Shown here piece after piece: positions 40,158 to 49,836 of a stretch of DNA of 64,000 nucleotides. The translations under genes were made by a program, and so were the position numbers. Positions within the stretch are counted from its first letter, which is position 1. Every line of letters starts with the position of its first letter. A model generated the notes under the pieces. It made no database searches. It saw only the letters and a program-made list of their open reading frames with translations, and was not told the DNA's origin. The stretch spans positions 20,833-84,832 of the forward strand of contig JAFTKS010000002.1 of NCBI GenBank assembly GCA_017453125.1. The letters run 5' to 3'. The DNA is from Clostridia bacterium (GTDB lineage Bacteria > Bacillota > Clostridia > Christensenellales > UBA1242).

Positions 40158-41063
40158 TTAAGGCATTTTTTTAAGGGTGTCGAAGAAGATTTTTTTGAAT
40201 TTTTTGACGTGAATTCCAGTTGCAACTTGCATATTTGGTGTTTTTGTTGCATCAAAGTCTATAACACCCGTTTGTTTGCTTTCGATAAATCTAATATGCA
40301 CATACATATCTTGAGTGTCAAAAATTTCAGGGTTGGAAACGAATGTAACGGCACAAGGGTCGTGGGTTGCGGCTCCGTCTTTGACGTGTCTGTCTTTGTA
40401 ACTACGGAAAATATATTCGAGCATCTCTCCTGTCCTGTTTGTTGTTCTTGTTTTTTCTATGTCGTCATAGTTTAGGAATGCTTCGTGTCCGTGATTGCTA
40501 GGGCATATTATTATTCTTTCACCACTTTTTAATACATATTTTGCAGCCTCGGGGTCTTGCATAACGTTGAAACCAATGTATGGATTTTTCTTGCTGTCGT
40601 GCAAAAGTCCGCCACTGACAAGAATATATTCTATTTTTTCCATATCTTCTGGATATGTTCTGAGAAGTTGTGCAACGTTTGTAAGAGGGCCTAGGGCAAT
40701 AATAACTATTTGTTCTTTTGATTTCCCAATAATTTCGTGCATTTTCTCTACGGCATCTGTTTTGAGTGGACGAAGATTGTGTTTTGGGAATTTGAATCTG
40801 CCCAAACCTTTTTTGCCGTGTGCTTGAATCGAATTGTCTTTTTCTCTTTCAAGGGGTTTGTTTGCACCAATTGCCACAGGAATGTTTGGTTTGCCGATAT
40901 AATCAAGGAGATTAAGAGTGTTTTTTGTTACTTCATTCACACTTAAATTTCCTGCAATGGTGGTTATGAGCTCCACTTTTAATTTGCTTGAATATACTGC
41001 CATAGCAATTGCTACAGCATCATCTATGCCTGTATCTACATCTAGAATTACTCTTTTTTTCAT
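40158..41063 (-). CDS. nucleoside hydrolase (inosine/uridine-preferring family)
   Basis: N-terminal DVDTGIDDAVAI aspartate cluster. 301 aa. Confidence 0.9.
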   Translation of the reverse strand: MKKRVILDVDTGIDDAVAIAMAVYSSKLKVELITTIAGNLSVNEVTKNTLNLLDYIGKPNIPVAIGANKPLEREKDNSIQAHGKKGLGRFKFPKHNLRPLKTDAVEKMHEIIGKSKEQIVIIALGPLTNVAQLLRTYPEDMEKIEYILVSGGLLHDSKKNPYIGFNVMQDPEAAKYVLKSGERIIICPSNHGHEAFLNYDDIEKTRTTNRTGEMLEYIFRSYKDRHVKDGAATHDPCAVTFVSNPEIFDTQDMYVHIRFIESKQTGVIDFDATKTPNMQVATGIHVKKFKKIFFDTLKKMP

Positions 41064-41322
41064 TGTTGAACCACCTTTTGTTGTGTGTTTTCAATATTTT
41101 GGATTGATGTCTTAATTATATAATTATTCGAGAGTTTCTCAAAATGTTTTTTATGATGTTTCCAAAACCCTTAATAATATATTAATTTACTTTGGAACAA
41201 AAAGAAAATATTGCATTTTAATAAATAAAAACTTGAAAATATCAAGTTATAAACTAAATAGTTTGACAAAAACCCAAAAAGTCTTTAATATTTTAAGAGA
41301 ATGTATTTTAAAAAGGAAGTTT

Positions 41323-42567
41323 ATGGCTCGTAGAAAACTAACAAAAAGACAACAGAAACAAGTGAAGAAATTCGCACTGGCAAATTGGAAAGTTTTGCTT
41401 GTGTTGTTTTTGCTTGTTGTAATTGTTGGTGTTCTTGCTTATTATATGGGTTGGCTTGATTTCTTATTAAAAAAGGATAGCCCAGATATAGAACCAAATT
41501 TTCTCTCAACAGCAGGCGGGTATGAAACTGAAGTTGATGAATTTGGCGAGTTGAAAATTACATTCTTAGATGTTGGGCAAGGGGATTGTATTATCATTCA
41601 GTTACCTGATGGAAAAAATATGATGATTGATAGTGGGGATACTTCCAATACGGTTTGTAATAGTATTTCTCAATTTACTACTACAAACAATATTAAGGTA
41701 TTCGATTATTTATTGTTAACTCACGCTGATGAAGATCACGTAGGGAATATGGACTGGGTGCTTGATAATTATATTGTTGGATTTGTCTTTATGCCGAATG
41801 TTCATAGTACACACGAAGATGTTGGTTTGCTTGTAGACGACATCAACCCTGAGAGAGTGAGTGGAGGAAAGACAGTTAATACAAGATGTTATATGGATTT
41901 CCTTTTGAAAACTGATGCTGAAGATTGTGCTATTGAGATTGTTAATAAAGATAGTGATTTTACAAATAAGATGATTCAACGTGGTACAAATAATGAATTG
42001 AGTTATGTATTTAATTTCTTGACACCAACTGCAGAAAAAGACAAGGTGGCTTATGATAATAACAATGATTATTCGCCAATAATGTATCTTGAATATGCTG
42101 GCAAAAAAATTATGTTTAATGGTGATGCTGAAGTTGATGTTCTTGCTGAATATTGTCAAACTTATGGTGATTCTATTAATGTAGATGTATTGAAGGTTGG
42201 ACATCACGGCTCGGATAATGCAATTTCAGAGGAGTTCGTGTCTGCAATTGATCCTGAAGTTGCTGTGATTCAATGTGGGCTTGGAAATACTTATTTTCAC
42301 CCAAAGAAAGAAGCTTTGAATGCTTTGAAAAATTATGATGAGAGTATAGAGTTATACAGAAATGATTACAATGGTGACGTTCTTCTTTCTATAGGTAGTG
42401 ATGGAGAAATGTCCTGGGTTTTGGAGAAAAACGATTTGTCTAACAACTGGAAAGATGGTAAGGGTGTTTCAATTGCTTTTGCAAAAGATGCAGAAGAGGA
42501 CGTAAACTTTATGGATATTGTAAATGGTTTATTTGTAACACTTAATCGAAAGGAAATTGTTGCGTAA
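41323..42567 (+). CDS. ComEC/Rec2-related MBL-fold protein, membrane anchored
   Basis: ATG at 41323 (MARRKL), one TM helix, then ITFLDVGQGDCIIIQLPDGK and HADEDH...GHHGS, typical of the ComEC C-terminal lactamase domain. Confidence 0.75.
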   Translation: MARRKLTKRQQKQVKKFALANWKVLLVLFLLVVIVGVLAYYMGWLDFLLKKDSPDIEPNFLSTAGGYETEVDEFGELKITFLDVGQGDCIIIQLPDGKNMMIDSGDTSNTVCNSISQFTTTNNIKVFDYLLLTHADEDHVGNMDWVLDNYIVGFVFMPNVHSTHEDVGLLVDDINPERVSGGKTVNTRCYMDFLLKTDAEDCAIEIVNKDSDFTNKMIQRGTNNELSYVFNFLTPTAEKDKVAYDNNNDYSPIMYLEYAGKKIMFNGDAEVDVLAEYCQTYGDSINVDVLKVGHHGSDNAISEEFVSAIDPEVAVIQCGLGNTYFHPKKEALNALKNYDESIELYRNDYNGDVLLSIGSDGEMSWVLEKNDLSNNWKDGKGVSIAFAKDAEEDVNFMDIVNGLFVTLNRKEIVA

Positions 42568-42583
42568 AAAAAAGAGGTAATTT

Positions 42584-43837
42584 ATGTATTTGATTGGAAT
42601 TGATGTTGGAGGAACAAACACAAAGTTTGGAATGATAGAAGATGGAAAGATTGTGAAGTCTTTTACTATTTCCACCAATACTTTTGATATAATCAGACAA
42701 TTGGTAAACGGAATAAAAGAATTGGTTCAATCGATGGGGAAAACTCTTGATGATGTCAGTGGTATTGCTGTTGGATTCCCTGGAATGATAATCAATGATA
42801 TTTTGAAGGATAGCCCAAATATTGGTTTGAGTGACTGCAATCTAGCAGAATTGCTTTCGAATGAACTTGGTAAATCTGTTATTGTTAAAAATGATGCTGA
42901 AATGGCTGTAATGGCGGAGCACAAATTGGGTGCTGGCAATAATTGTAATAATATGATTATGTTGACCATTGGCACAGGTGTCGGTGGAGGAATCATTATT
43001 AACAAACAATTATACACAGGTAATGGCGGAGCGGGCGAGTTGGGCCATATTGTTGTTAATAAAAACGGTCTCAAGTGTAAGTGTGGAAGAACTGGTTGTG
43101 CGGAGCAATATATATCTTTGTCGGCACTAGATAGAATAACAAGAGATTTGATTGTGGGATATCCTGATTCATCAATTAAAATTGAACCAGATAAAATGGT
43201 TGATGCTTGTGATCTTGTAAAGGCATATAAGAAGAACGATAGTTGTGCTATAGAAGTTGTACAAAGATATGTCGCAGAATTAAGTAGTTTTGTGTTAAAT
43301 CTATGTAATATGTTTCGCCCAGAGAAGATTGTTATTGGTGGCGGGCTTACTTATGCACCAGAAATTATTCAAATGGTTGCAAAGGTTTGTAAAGAACAAG
43401 AATTTGGTTATAAGGATAGTCCTAATGTTGAAATTGTTTCTTCGCAACTTGGAAATGAGGCTGGAATACTTGGAGCTATAGTTTGTTGTGAAGAAGTTGG
43501 AGTACAATCAAAGCCTAATATTTCTGAATTGACAGATGTATTGCAAGAGATTTCAGAAGTCAAACAAGAAGTTGAATCTGAAACAGATGAAGAAATGGTT
43601 GTTGAGACATCAGAAGATGATGCGGAAGAAATCCAATCAGAGGAAATCTCTCAATTTGACGAAACATTGGAAGATATCCAAGAAAAAAGAGATGTATCGG
43701 GAGTAAAACAAACATTTGATTTGTTTAAGGCTCTTACAGATGCCTCTGTGTCTAGTGAAAATGCTCAAGATTCAACTCCTGTAGAATATGATGAAGGGCT
43801 ACTTGATAGAGTCAATGAAATGCTAAAAAGAAAATAA
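42584..43837 (+). CDS. ROK-family glucokinase with acidic C-terminal extension
   Basis: IGIDVGGTNTKFG ATP motif and the ROK zinc motif CKCGRTGCAEQY. The last roughly 100 aa are Glu/Asp/Ser-rich. Confidence 0.85.
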   Translation: MYLIGIDVGGTNTKFGMIEDGKIVKSFTISTNTFDIIRQLVNGIKELVQSMGKTLDDVSGIAVGFPGMIINDILKDSPNIGLSDCNLAELLSNELGKSVIVKNDAEMAVMAEHKLGAGNNCNNMIMLTIGTGVGGGIIINKQLYTGNGGAGELGHIVVNKNGLKCKCGRTGCAEQYISLSALDRITRDLIVGYPDSSIKIEPDKMVDACDLVKAYKKNDSCAIEVVQRYVAELSSFVLNLCNMFRPEKIVIGGGLTYAPEIIQMVAKVCKEQEFGYKDSPNVEIVSSQLGNEAGILGAIVCCEEVGVQSKPNISELTDVLQEISEVKQEVESETDEEMVVETSEDDAEEIQSEEISQFDETLEDIQEKRDVSGVKQTFDLFKALTDASVSSENAQDSTPVEYDEGLLDRVNEMLKRK

Positions 43838-44237
43838 TGTTTAAATTAAAAAAGAGAATAGTTGAATAACTCCGTAAGGGGCAATTCAAGATTATCTCTT
43901 TTTTTTGTTGTCGGGGAGTACTAGTGTGTGCTTTTTTACTAAAAATTAAGAATAGAAGAAAAAATACTTTGAGTGTTGAAAATGTTTGCGAGATTTGAAG
44001 ATTGTGGTTTTGTGTATTTTACGAACATTTGAGGAGTCAAAGTATTTTTGTTGTAGATATTTGTCGTCTAAAAGCATCAATTGTGCTGAGTTGTGATGAA
44101 CTCCTGGTGTTTTTCTGTCAGAAAAGTGGAGTTGTATGCTCGGGGTGTTTCGTTATAGATATTTAAAGTCAAGTTAAAATCATTAAATATGCTAAAATTT
44201 TTGTAAAAAATATTTTTTAAAAATAGTTGAAATATCT

Positions 44238-44293
44238 TTGACTAACACAAGATATAGTGGTAAGATGTAATCGTATAACACAAGATATATGGT
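44238..44293 (+). promoter_or_regulatory. nrdD promoter with two NrdR boxes
   Basis: TTGACT (44238-44243) - 17 nt - TAAGAT (44261-44266). ACACAAGATATAGTGG (44245-44260) and ACACAAGATATATGGT (44278-44293) match the NrdR-box consensus acaCwAtATaTwGtgt at about 14 and 13 of 16 positions, 33 bp apart. Confidence 0.65.
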
Positions 44294-44346
44294 TTGCGAG
44301 GGTGTGTCGCCAACTATATATAGAATAAACTAATAAGGAGAAAGAA

Positions 44347-46710
44347 ATGATAACAAAAATAAGAAAAAGAGATGGAAGACTAGTTGACTATGATATTTCC
44401 AAGATTGAGAATGCGATTGCAAAGGCGATGATTTCTCTTGGAGATGGAGAGATTAAGGATTGTAAAAAGATGGCAAGAATTACAGAACTTAATCTTATGG
44501 AGAAGTTTGAGGATAGGATTCCGTCTGTTGAAGATGTACAGGACCAAGTTGAGAATGTTCTTATGACTAATGGATATGAGAATGTTGCGAAAGCATATAT
44601 TCTATATAGAAGAGATCACGAGAAAGTAAGAAATATTCAAAGTACAGTAATGGACTACAAACAGACTGTTGATAAGTATCTTAATCTTGCAGACTGGCGT
44701 GTAAAAGAAAACTCTACAGTTACATATTCTGTAGGTGGATTGATTCTTTCAAACTCTGGTGCAATTACAGCCAATTATTGGTTGAGCGAAGTGTATGACA
44801 AAGAAATAGAACAGGCTCATAAAAATGCTGATATACATATTCACGATTTGTCTATGCTTACTGGTTATTGTGCGGGCTGGTCGCTTAAACAATTAATTAC
44901 CGAAGGTCTTGGTGGAATTCCTGGAAAGATCACTTCTTCTCCTGCTAGCCACTTGTCTACTCTTTGTAATCAAATGGTAAACTTCCTTGGAATTATGCAG
45001 AACGAGTGGGCTGGTGCACAAGCATTCTCTTCGTTTGATACCTATCTTGCACCATTTGTAAAGAAGGATAATCTTTCTTACAAAGAGGTTAAACAGTGTC
45101 TTCAAAGTTTCATTTATGGTGTAAATACTCCATCTAGATGGGGAACTCAAGCACCATTTACCAATGTTACACTTGACTGGGTTGTTCCAAACGATTTGGC
45201 AGAACTTAATGCTATTGTTGGCGGAAAAGAACAAAACTTCAAATACAAAGATTGTAAAAAAGAAATGGATATGGTTAATAAAGCATTCATTGAACTTATG
45301 ATTGAGGGTGATGCTAATGGTAGAGGTTTCCAATATCCAATTCCAACTTATTCTATTACTAGAGATTTTGACTGGTCTGAAACTGAGAACAATAAATTAT
45401 TATTTGAAATGACAACTAAGTACGGAACACCATATTTCTCAAACTATATCAATTCAGATATGGAACCAAGTGATGTAAGAAGTATGTGTTGTAGACTAAG
45501 ACTTGACTTGAGAGAGTTGAGAAAGAAGTCTGGTGGATACTTTGGATCTGGTGAGAGTACTGGTAGTGTTGGTGTTGTTACAATCAATATGCCAAGAATT
45601 GCTTATCAATCAAAAAATGAAGAAGAGTTCTTTGATAGATTGGACAAGATGATGGATATCTCAGCTAGATCATTGAAGACAAAGAGAGAGGTTATAACCA
45701 AACTTCTTGAGGTTGGTCTTTATCCTTATACAAAGAGATATTTGGGTTCTTTCAACAACCACTTCTCAACAATTGGTCTTGTTGGTATGAATGAGGCTTG
45801 TTTGAATGCTAGTTGGCTAAGACAAGATTTGACTCATAAAGATGCTCAATTATTTACTCAAAAAGTACTTAATCATATGAGAGAAAGATTGAGTGATTAT
45901 CAAGAGAAATATGGTGATCTATATAATCTTGAGGCTACTCCTGCCGAAAGTACTTCATTTAGACTTGCAAAACACGACAGAGAAAGATTCCCAGATATTA
46001 TAACTGCATCAAAAGATGAAAGTATTCCTTATTACACAAATAGTTCACATCTTCCTGTTGATTATACTTCAGATATTTTTGAGGCACTTGATGTTCAAGA
46101 TGATCTTCAAACTCTTTATACTTCTGGTACAGTATTCCACGCATTCTTGGGAGAGAAGTTGGAAGACTGGAAGACAACTATGAATTTGGTAAAAACTATT
46201 GCTGAGAATTATAAACTTCCATACTATACAATTTCTCCAACTTATAGTATTTGTAAGAACCACGGCTATATTAGCGGTGAACATTACGAATGTCCTGTCT
46301 GTGGTGCAAAAACAGAAGTTTATAGTAGAATCACAGGATATTATAGACCAGTTCAAAACTGGAATGATGGTAAGACTGAGGAATTCAAAGAAAGAAAAAC
46401 TTATGATATTGCAAGTAGCAAATTGAAAAGGGCAAAAGAAGAGTGTGAGTGTTGTGGCAAAGAACCTCAACCACTTGCAATAGCAGAAAATACTTTGTTT
46501 ACAACCAAAACTTGCCCAAATTGTAAAATGGCAAAAATGCTTCTTGATAAAGCAAAAATAAAATATGTACTAATTGATGCTGAAGAAGATGCTGTTCTTG
46601 CAAGCAAGATGGGAGTCCAAAAAGCACCAACACTTCTAGTTCCAACAAAAGATGGTGTTAAAGTGTATGATAATGCGAGCGAAATCAAGAGATTTATCGA
46701 GGGCAAGTAA
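44347..46710 (+). CDS. nrdD: anaerobic ribonucleoside-triphosphate reductase fused to a C-terminal thioredoxin-fold (CPNC) domain
   Basis: N-terminal ATP-cone, thiyl loop SMCCRL (45481-45498), Zn-ribbon CPVCG, glycyl-radical motif RITGYY (G at 46336-46338), then an extra roughly 73-aa CPNC redoxin-like domain (46489-46707). Confidence 0.93.
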   Translation: MITKIRKRDGRLVDYDISKIENAIAKAMISLGDGEIKDCKKMARITELNLMEKFEDRIPSVEDVQDQVENVLMTNGYENVAKAYILYRRDHEKVRNIQSTVMDYKQTVDKYLNLADWRVKENSTVTYSVGGLILSNSGAITANYWLSEVYDKEIEQAHKNADIHIHDLSMLTGYCAGWSLKQLITEGLGGIPGKITSSPASHLSTLCNQMVNFLGIMQNEWAGAQAFSSFDTYLAPFVKKDNLSYKEVKQCLQSFIYGVNTPSRWGTQAPFTNVTLDWVVPNDLAELNAIVGGKEQNFKYKDCKKEMDMVNKAFIELMIEGDANGRGFQYPIPTYSITRDFDWSETENNKLLFEMTTKYGTPYFSNYINSDMEPSDVRSMCCRLRLDLRELRKKSGGYFGSGESTGSVGVVTINMPRIAYQSKNEEEFFDRLDKMMDISARSLKTKREVITKLLEVGLYPYTKRYLGSFNNHFSTIGLVGMNEACLNASWLRQDLTHKDAQLFTQKVLNHMRERLSDYQEKYGDLYNLEATPAESTSFRLAKHDRERFPDIITASKDESIPYYTNSSHLPVDYTSDIFEALDVQDDLQTLYTSGTVFHAFLGEKLEDWKTTMNLVKTIAENYKLPYYTISPTYSICKNHGYISGEHYECPVCGAKTEVYSRITGYYRPVQNWNDGKTEEFKERKTYDIASSKLKRAKEECECCGKEPQPLAIAENTLFTTKTCPNCKMAKMLLDKAKIKYVLIDAEEDAVLASKMGVQKAPTLLVPTKDGVKVYDNASEIKRFIEGK

Positions 46711-47621
46711 TGTACGATATAGTAGTAATTGGCGGTGGAGTGTCGGGAATGACTACGGCACTTTATGGCCTTAGAAATGGAAAGAAAGTTCTTCTAATTG
46801 AGGGAGAGAGTATCGGTGGGCAAATTGCACAATCTCCAAGGGTTGAAAATTTTCCTACATATAAAGAGATTAGTGGCTCGAAACTAAGTGAAGAGTTGTT
46901 TGATCAAATATCTGTTCTTGGTGTAGAGTTTGAATTTGATAAAATCGAACATATAGAAAAAGATGGCAAATATTTCACATTACAAGGTGAGTTTGGTGAG
47001 TATAGGGCAAAAACTGTAGTTGTTGCAAATGGTGTAAAGCATAGAAAACTAAATCTTCCTAATGAAGAGAAGTTGATAGGACACGGAGTATATTATTGTG
47101 CTCTTTGTGATGGACCATTTTATTCGGGAAAAGAAGTAACTTTGATAGGCGATGGAAATACTGCTCTTCAATATGCTCTGATGTTGAGTGGGATTTGCAG
47201 TAAAGTCAATCTTGTTATTATGTTTGATAAATTTTTTGGAGATGATAATCTTGTAAAAGCGGTAGAGGATAAGAAGAATATAAAAATAATTCGAAATTCT
47301 AGAACTATTGAGCTTGTAGGAGAAACATCTCTTGAAAGTATTAAGTTTGAGAAGTCTGACAAATCTACTTTTGAAATAGCGGGTACGCCTTTGTTTGTAG
47401 CGATTGGGCAGATTCCTGATAATAAGTGTTTCAAAAATCTTGCAGACCTTGACGAACAAGGATATTTCAAGTCTGATGAATCTACAAAGACAAGAACTGA
47501 AGGTTTCTATGTTGCTGGTGATACAAGAACGAAAGCTGTTAGGCAGGTTGCAACTGCTGTGTCTGATGGCGCTGTTGCTGCAACTCAGGCTTGTAATTAT
47601 ATTAATGCAAATTTTAAATAA
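46710..47621 (+). CDS. thioredoxin-reductase-like flavoprotein lacking the NADPH HRR motif
   Basis: GGGVSG FAD fold, redox-active CALCDG, second fold GDGNTA and C-terminal GD motif (YVAGD). The position of E. coli HRRDxFR reads IMFDKFFG. The ATG overlaps the nrdD stop (TAATG). Confidence 0.85.
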   Translation: MYDIVVIGGGVSGMTTALYGLRNGKKVLLIEGESIGGQIAQSPRVENFPTYKEISGSKLSEELFDQISVLGVEFEFDKIEHIEKDGKYFTLQGEFGEYRAKTVVVANGVKHRKLNLPNEEKLIGHGVYYCALCDGPFYSGKEVTLIGDGNTALQYALMLSGICSKVNLVIMFDKFFGDDNLVKAVEDKKNIKIIRNSRTIELVGETSLESIKFEKSDKSTFEIAGTPLFVAIGQIPDNKCFKNLADLDEQGYFKSDESTKTRTEGFYVAGDTRTKAVRQVATAVSDGAVAATQACNYINANFK

Positions 47622-47627
47622 AAAAAT

Positions 47628-47663
47628 ACCAAAGTGAATATGTGGGTTCACTTTGGTTTTTTC
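47628..47663. terminator. bidirectional terminator
   Basis: 11-bp stem ACCAAAGTGAA / TTCACTTTGGT flanked by an A-run and a T-run. Confidence 0.85.
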
Positions 47664-47667
47664 TTTT

Positions 47668-48831
47668 CTAGGTAAATGGTTTGTCGATTATAAAAACAAA
47701 TTCATAAGGCGTTTTTTCTTCGGCAAATTCCTGATGTAACTGATCGAGTATTTGTTTCTTTGTTAGCTGTGAAGAGAAGTCTTCTAGGATATCAAAAAGA
47801 ACTTTGATTTTATTTTTTTGTTCAATAATTCTTACGCCGTGTATTTGAATGTTTTTATTTAATTTTCTTAATGTTTTTAATATTCGTTCGTGTGTGGTTT
47901 TTGTTAGAGGGTCTTCTATATCTATTGGGTCAACTTGAATTGTTAAATTTATATGAAGTTTGTCCCAGAAATGTCTTTCAATTTTATCAACCAGTTCGTG
48001 ACAGTCAAGAAGTGTTGTTGTTTCAGGAACTTCGATATGAACTGATACAAATGTAGAGCCACTACCATAGGTGTGAATTAGAAGATCGTGCATATCGTTT
48101 ACACCATCAAAACCAAGTAGTTCACGTTTGATTTTGGATACAAGTTTCTTATTAGGTTTGACACTAATCAGTGGGTCTATTGTGTCGTTAATCATTCGAA
48201 TAGCAGAGACAACGGTTAGTAGCGAAACCGCAAGTCCTATATAACCATCAATATTTATAGAGCAAGATTGCATTACTATCATTGAAATAAGTATTGCAAT
48301 TGATGATAGCATATCATTTCTAGAGTCGACCGATGTCGCAAGAAGAGTGTCGCTATTTATGTCTTTTGCAAAGTTTCTATATAGTATTGCTAGGAATAGT
48401 TTTACAGCAATCATAACGCTAAGAATAACGTAAGTATAAATTCCAATCGATATTTCTTCTGGCTCTAGTATTTTTTCAAAACAAGATTTGGAAAATAATA
48501 CACCAAGTATTAACATTACAAGAGATATAAGCAGTCCGCAAATGTATTCAACTCTTGCGTGACCAAAAGGGTGTTCTTTGTCGGCTGGTTTGCTTGAAAG
48601 TTTGAATCCAACTAGTGTGATTATAGAACTTCCTGCATCGGTTAGGTTTCCAATTGATTGAACTATGATTGTTATGCTATTTGAAATAATTCCAATGACT
48701 ATTCCTGTTGCAAAAATCAAAAGATTAAAAAATATTCCAATCGCTCCTGCAACAACTCCATATCTATGATGTACATCGGGGTCGCTAGTTTTTCTATAGT
48801 TTTTTATAAATAATTTTTTAATTAGTTTCAT
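47668..48831 (-). CDS. cation diffusion facilitator family transporter
   Basis: Six TM segments. LTDAGSS, HPFGHARVE and the C-terminal cytoplasmic domain are typical of CDF proteins. Confidence 0.88.
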   Translation of the reverse strand: MKLIKKLFIKNYRKTSDPDVHHRYGVVAGAIGIFFNLLIFATGIVIGIISNSITIIVQSIGNLTDAGSSIITLVGFKLSSKPADKEHPFGHARVEYICGLLISLVMLILGVLFSKSCFEKILEPEEISIGIYTYVILSVMIAVKLFLAILYRNFAKDINSDTLLATSVDSRNDMLSSIAILISMIVMQSCSINIDGYIGLAVSLLTVVSAIRMINDTIDPLISVKPNKKLVSKIKRELLGFDGVNDMHDLLIHTYGSGSTFVSVHIEVPETTTLLDCHELVDKIERHFWDKLHINLTIQVDPIDIEDPLTKTTHERILKTLRKLNKNIQIHGVRIIEQKNKIKVLFDILEDFSSQLTKKQILDQLHQEFAEEKTPYEFVFIIDKPFT

Positions 48832-48906
48832 TTATTAGTAATAACCTCTTTGTTTTAATTGTTGTTACAATGTTTGTTGTGTGTGTCATTAATATCTTAG
48901 TTTTTG

Positions 48907-49602
48907 TCAATAACCCCTCAGATAAGTGTTATAAATATTTTTTCTAAGAATACTTGCAAATTGTTCTGCGGTATCTTTATCTATTGGGTCAAGTCCCGAT
49001 TGAAGGCAGTTCTCGTTGTCGACAAATTTCTGTAAAAATAACTTTTTTGCGCCCTTGATTAACTCGGCAATTTTTGTGATATCTTCTCGTGTGTGATACT
49101 GCTTTATAAGTGTTGTTCTAAACTCATAATCAATTCCGCAATTCATTATATATTCAATAGTGTCTTTTATGTTCCAGTGCGTATTTGTGTTAGTGGTTGT
49201 GTTGTATTTTTCAATGCTATTTTTGATGTCCATTGCAACATAATCTATTAACTGATTTTCAATTAAATTTTTGAGCATGGATAGATTTGTACCATTTGTG
49301 TCTAGTTTAATTTTGTAACCCATATCTTTGATTTCTTTTATAAATGCTGGAAGGTCAGGGTTTAGTGTTGGTTCACCACCTGAGATTACAACGCTATCAA
49401 GAACATTTTTTCTTTTTTCCAAATATTCCAAAACTTCGTTTTCTGGAATAATGTCATCAATACCTTTTACGAGTCTTGAGTTGTGACAATATGGACAAGC
49501 AAAGTTGCAACCTCTTGTAAAAATAGTTGCACTGATGTGTCCGTCAAAATCCACAAGTGATACTTTTTGCAGTCCAGATATTTTCATTTTAATCACCTTC
49601 AA
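48907..49602 (-). CDS. nrdG: anaerobic ribonucleotide reductase activating protein (radical SAM)
   Basis: CNFACPYCHN cluster motif and GGEPTL. 231 aa. Confidence 0.88.
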   Translation of the reverse strand: MKVIKMKISGLQKVSLVDFDGHISATIFTRGCNFACPYCHNSRLVKGIDDIIPENEVLEYLEKRKNVLDSVVISGGEPTLNPDLPAFIKEIKDMGYKIKLDTNGTNLSMLKNLIENQLIDYVAMDIKNSIEKYNTTTNTNTHWNIKDTIEYIMNCGIDYEFRTTLIKQYHTREDITKIAELIKGAKKLFLQKFVDNENCLQSGLDPIDKDTAEQFASILRKNIYNTYLRGY

Positions 49603-49836
49603 TTTTATTTTTTTCTAGTTTAACAATTTTATCAAAATTTGTCACTTATTTTAGGGGCAAGCTTGCTTGTTTGATTTTTTTTGTATGAATAGTTAAATTA
49701 AAAAAATTATGTTTTGACCCATTATTTTATTTAACAAAAAAAATATATTTTGCTATATTAATATATAAAGATAAATTTCTTTGACTAAAATTTATTCTTG
49801 AAAGATTAATCTTGTAAGATAAACAGGAGAGCAAAA

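Noticed and set aside
43840-44237. Riboswitch (for example cobalamin) or pseudogene upstream of nrdD.
   Set aside because: I could not find a B12 box or any other riboswitch core, and there is no extended reading frame. The region stays unexplained and is noted under findings, not called as a feature.
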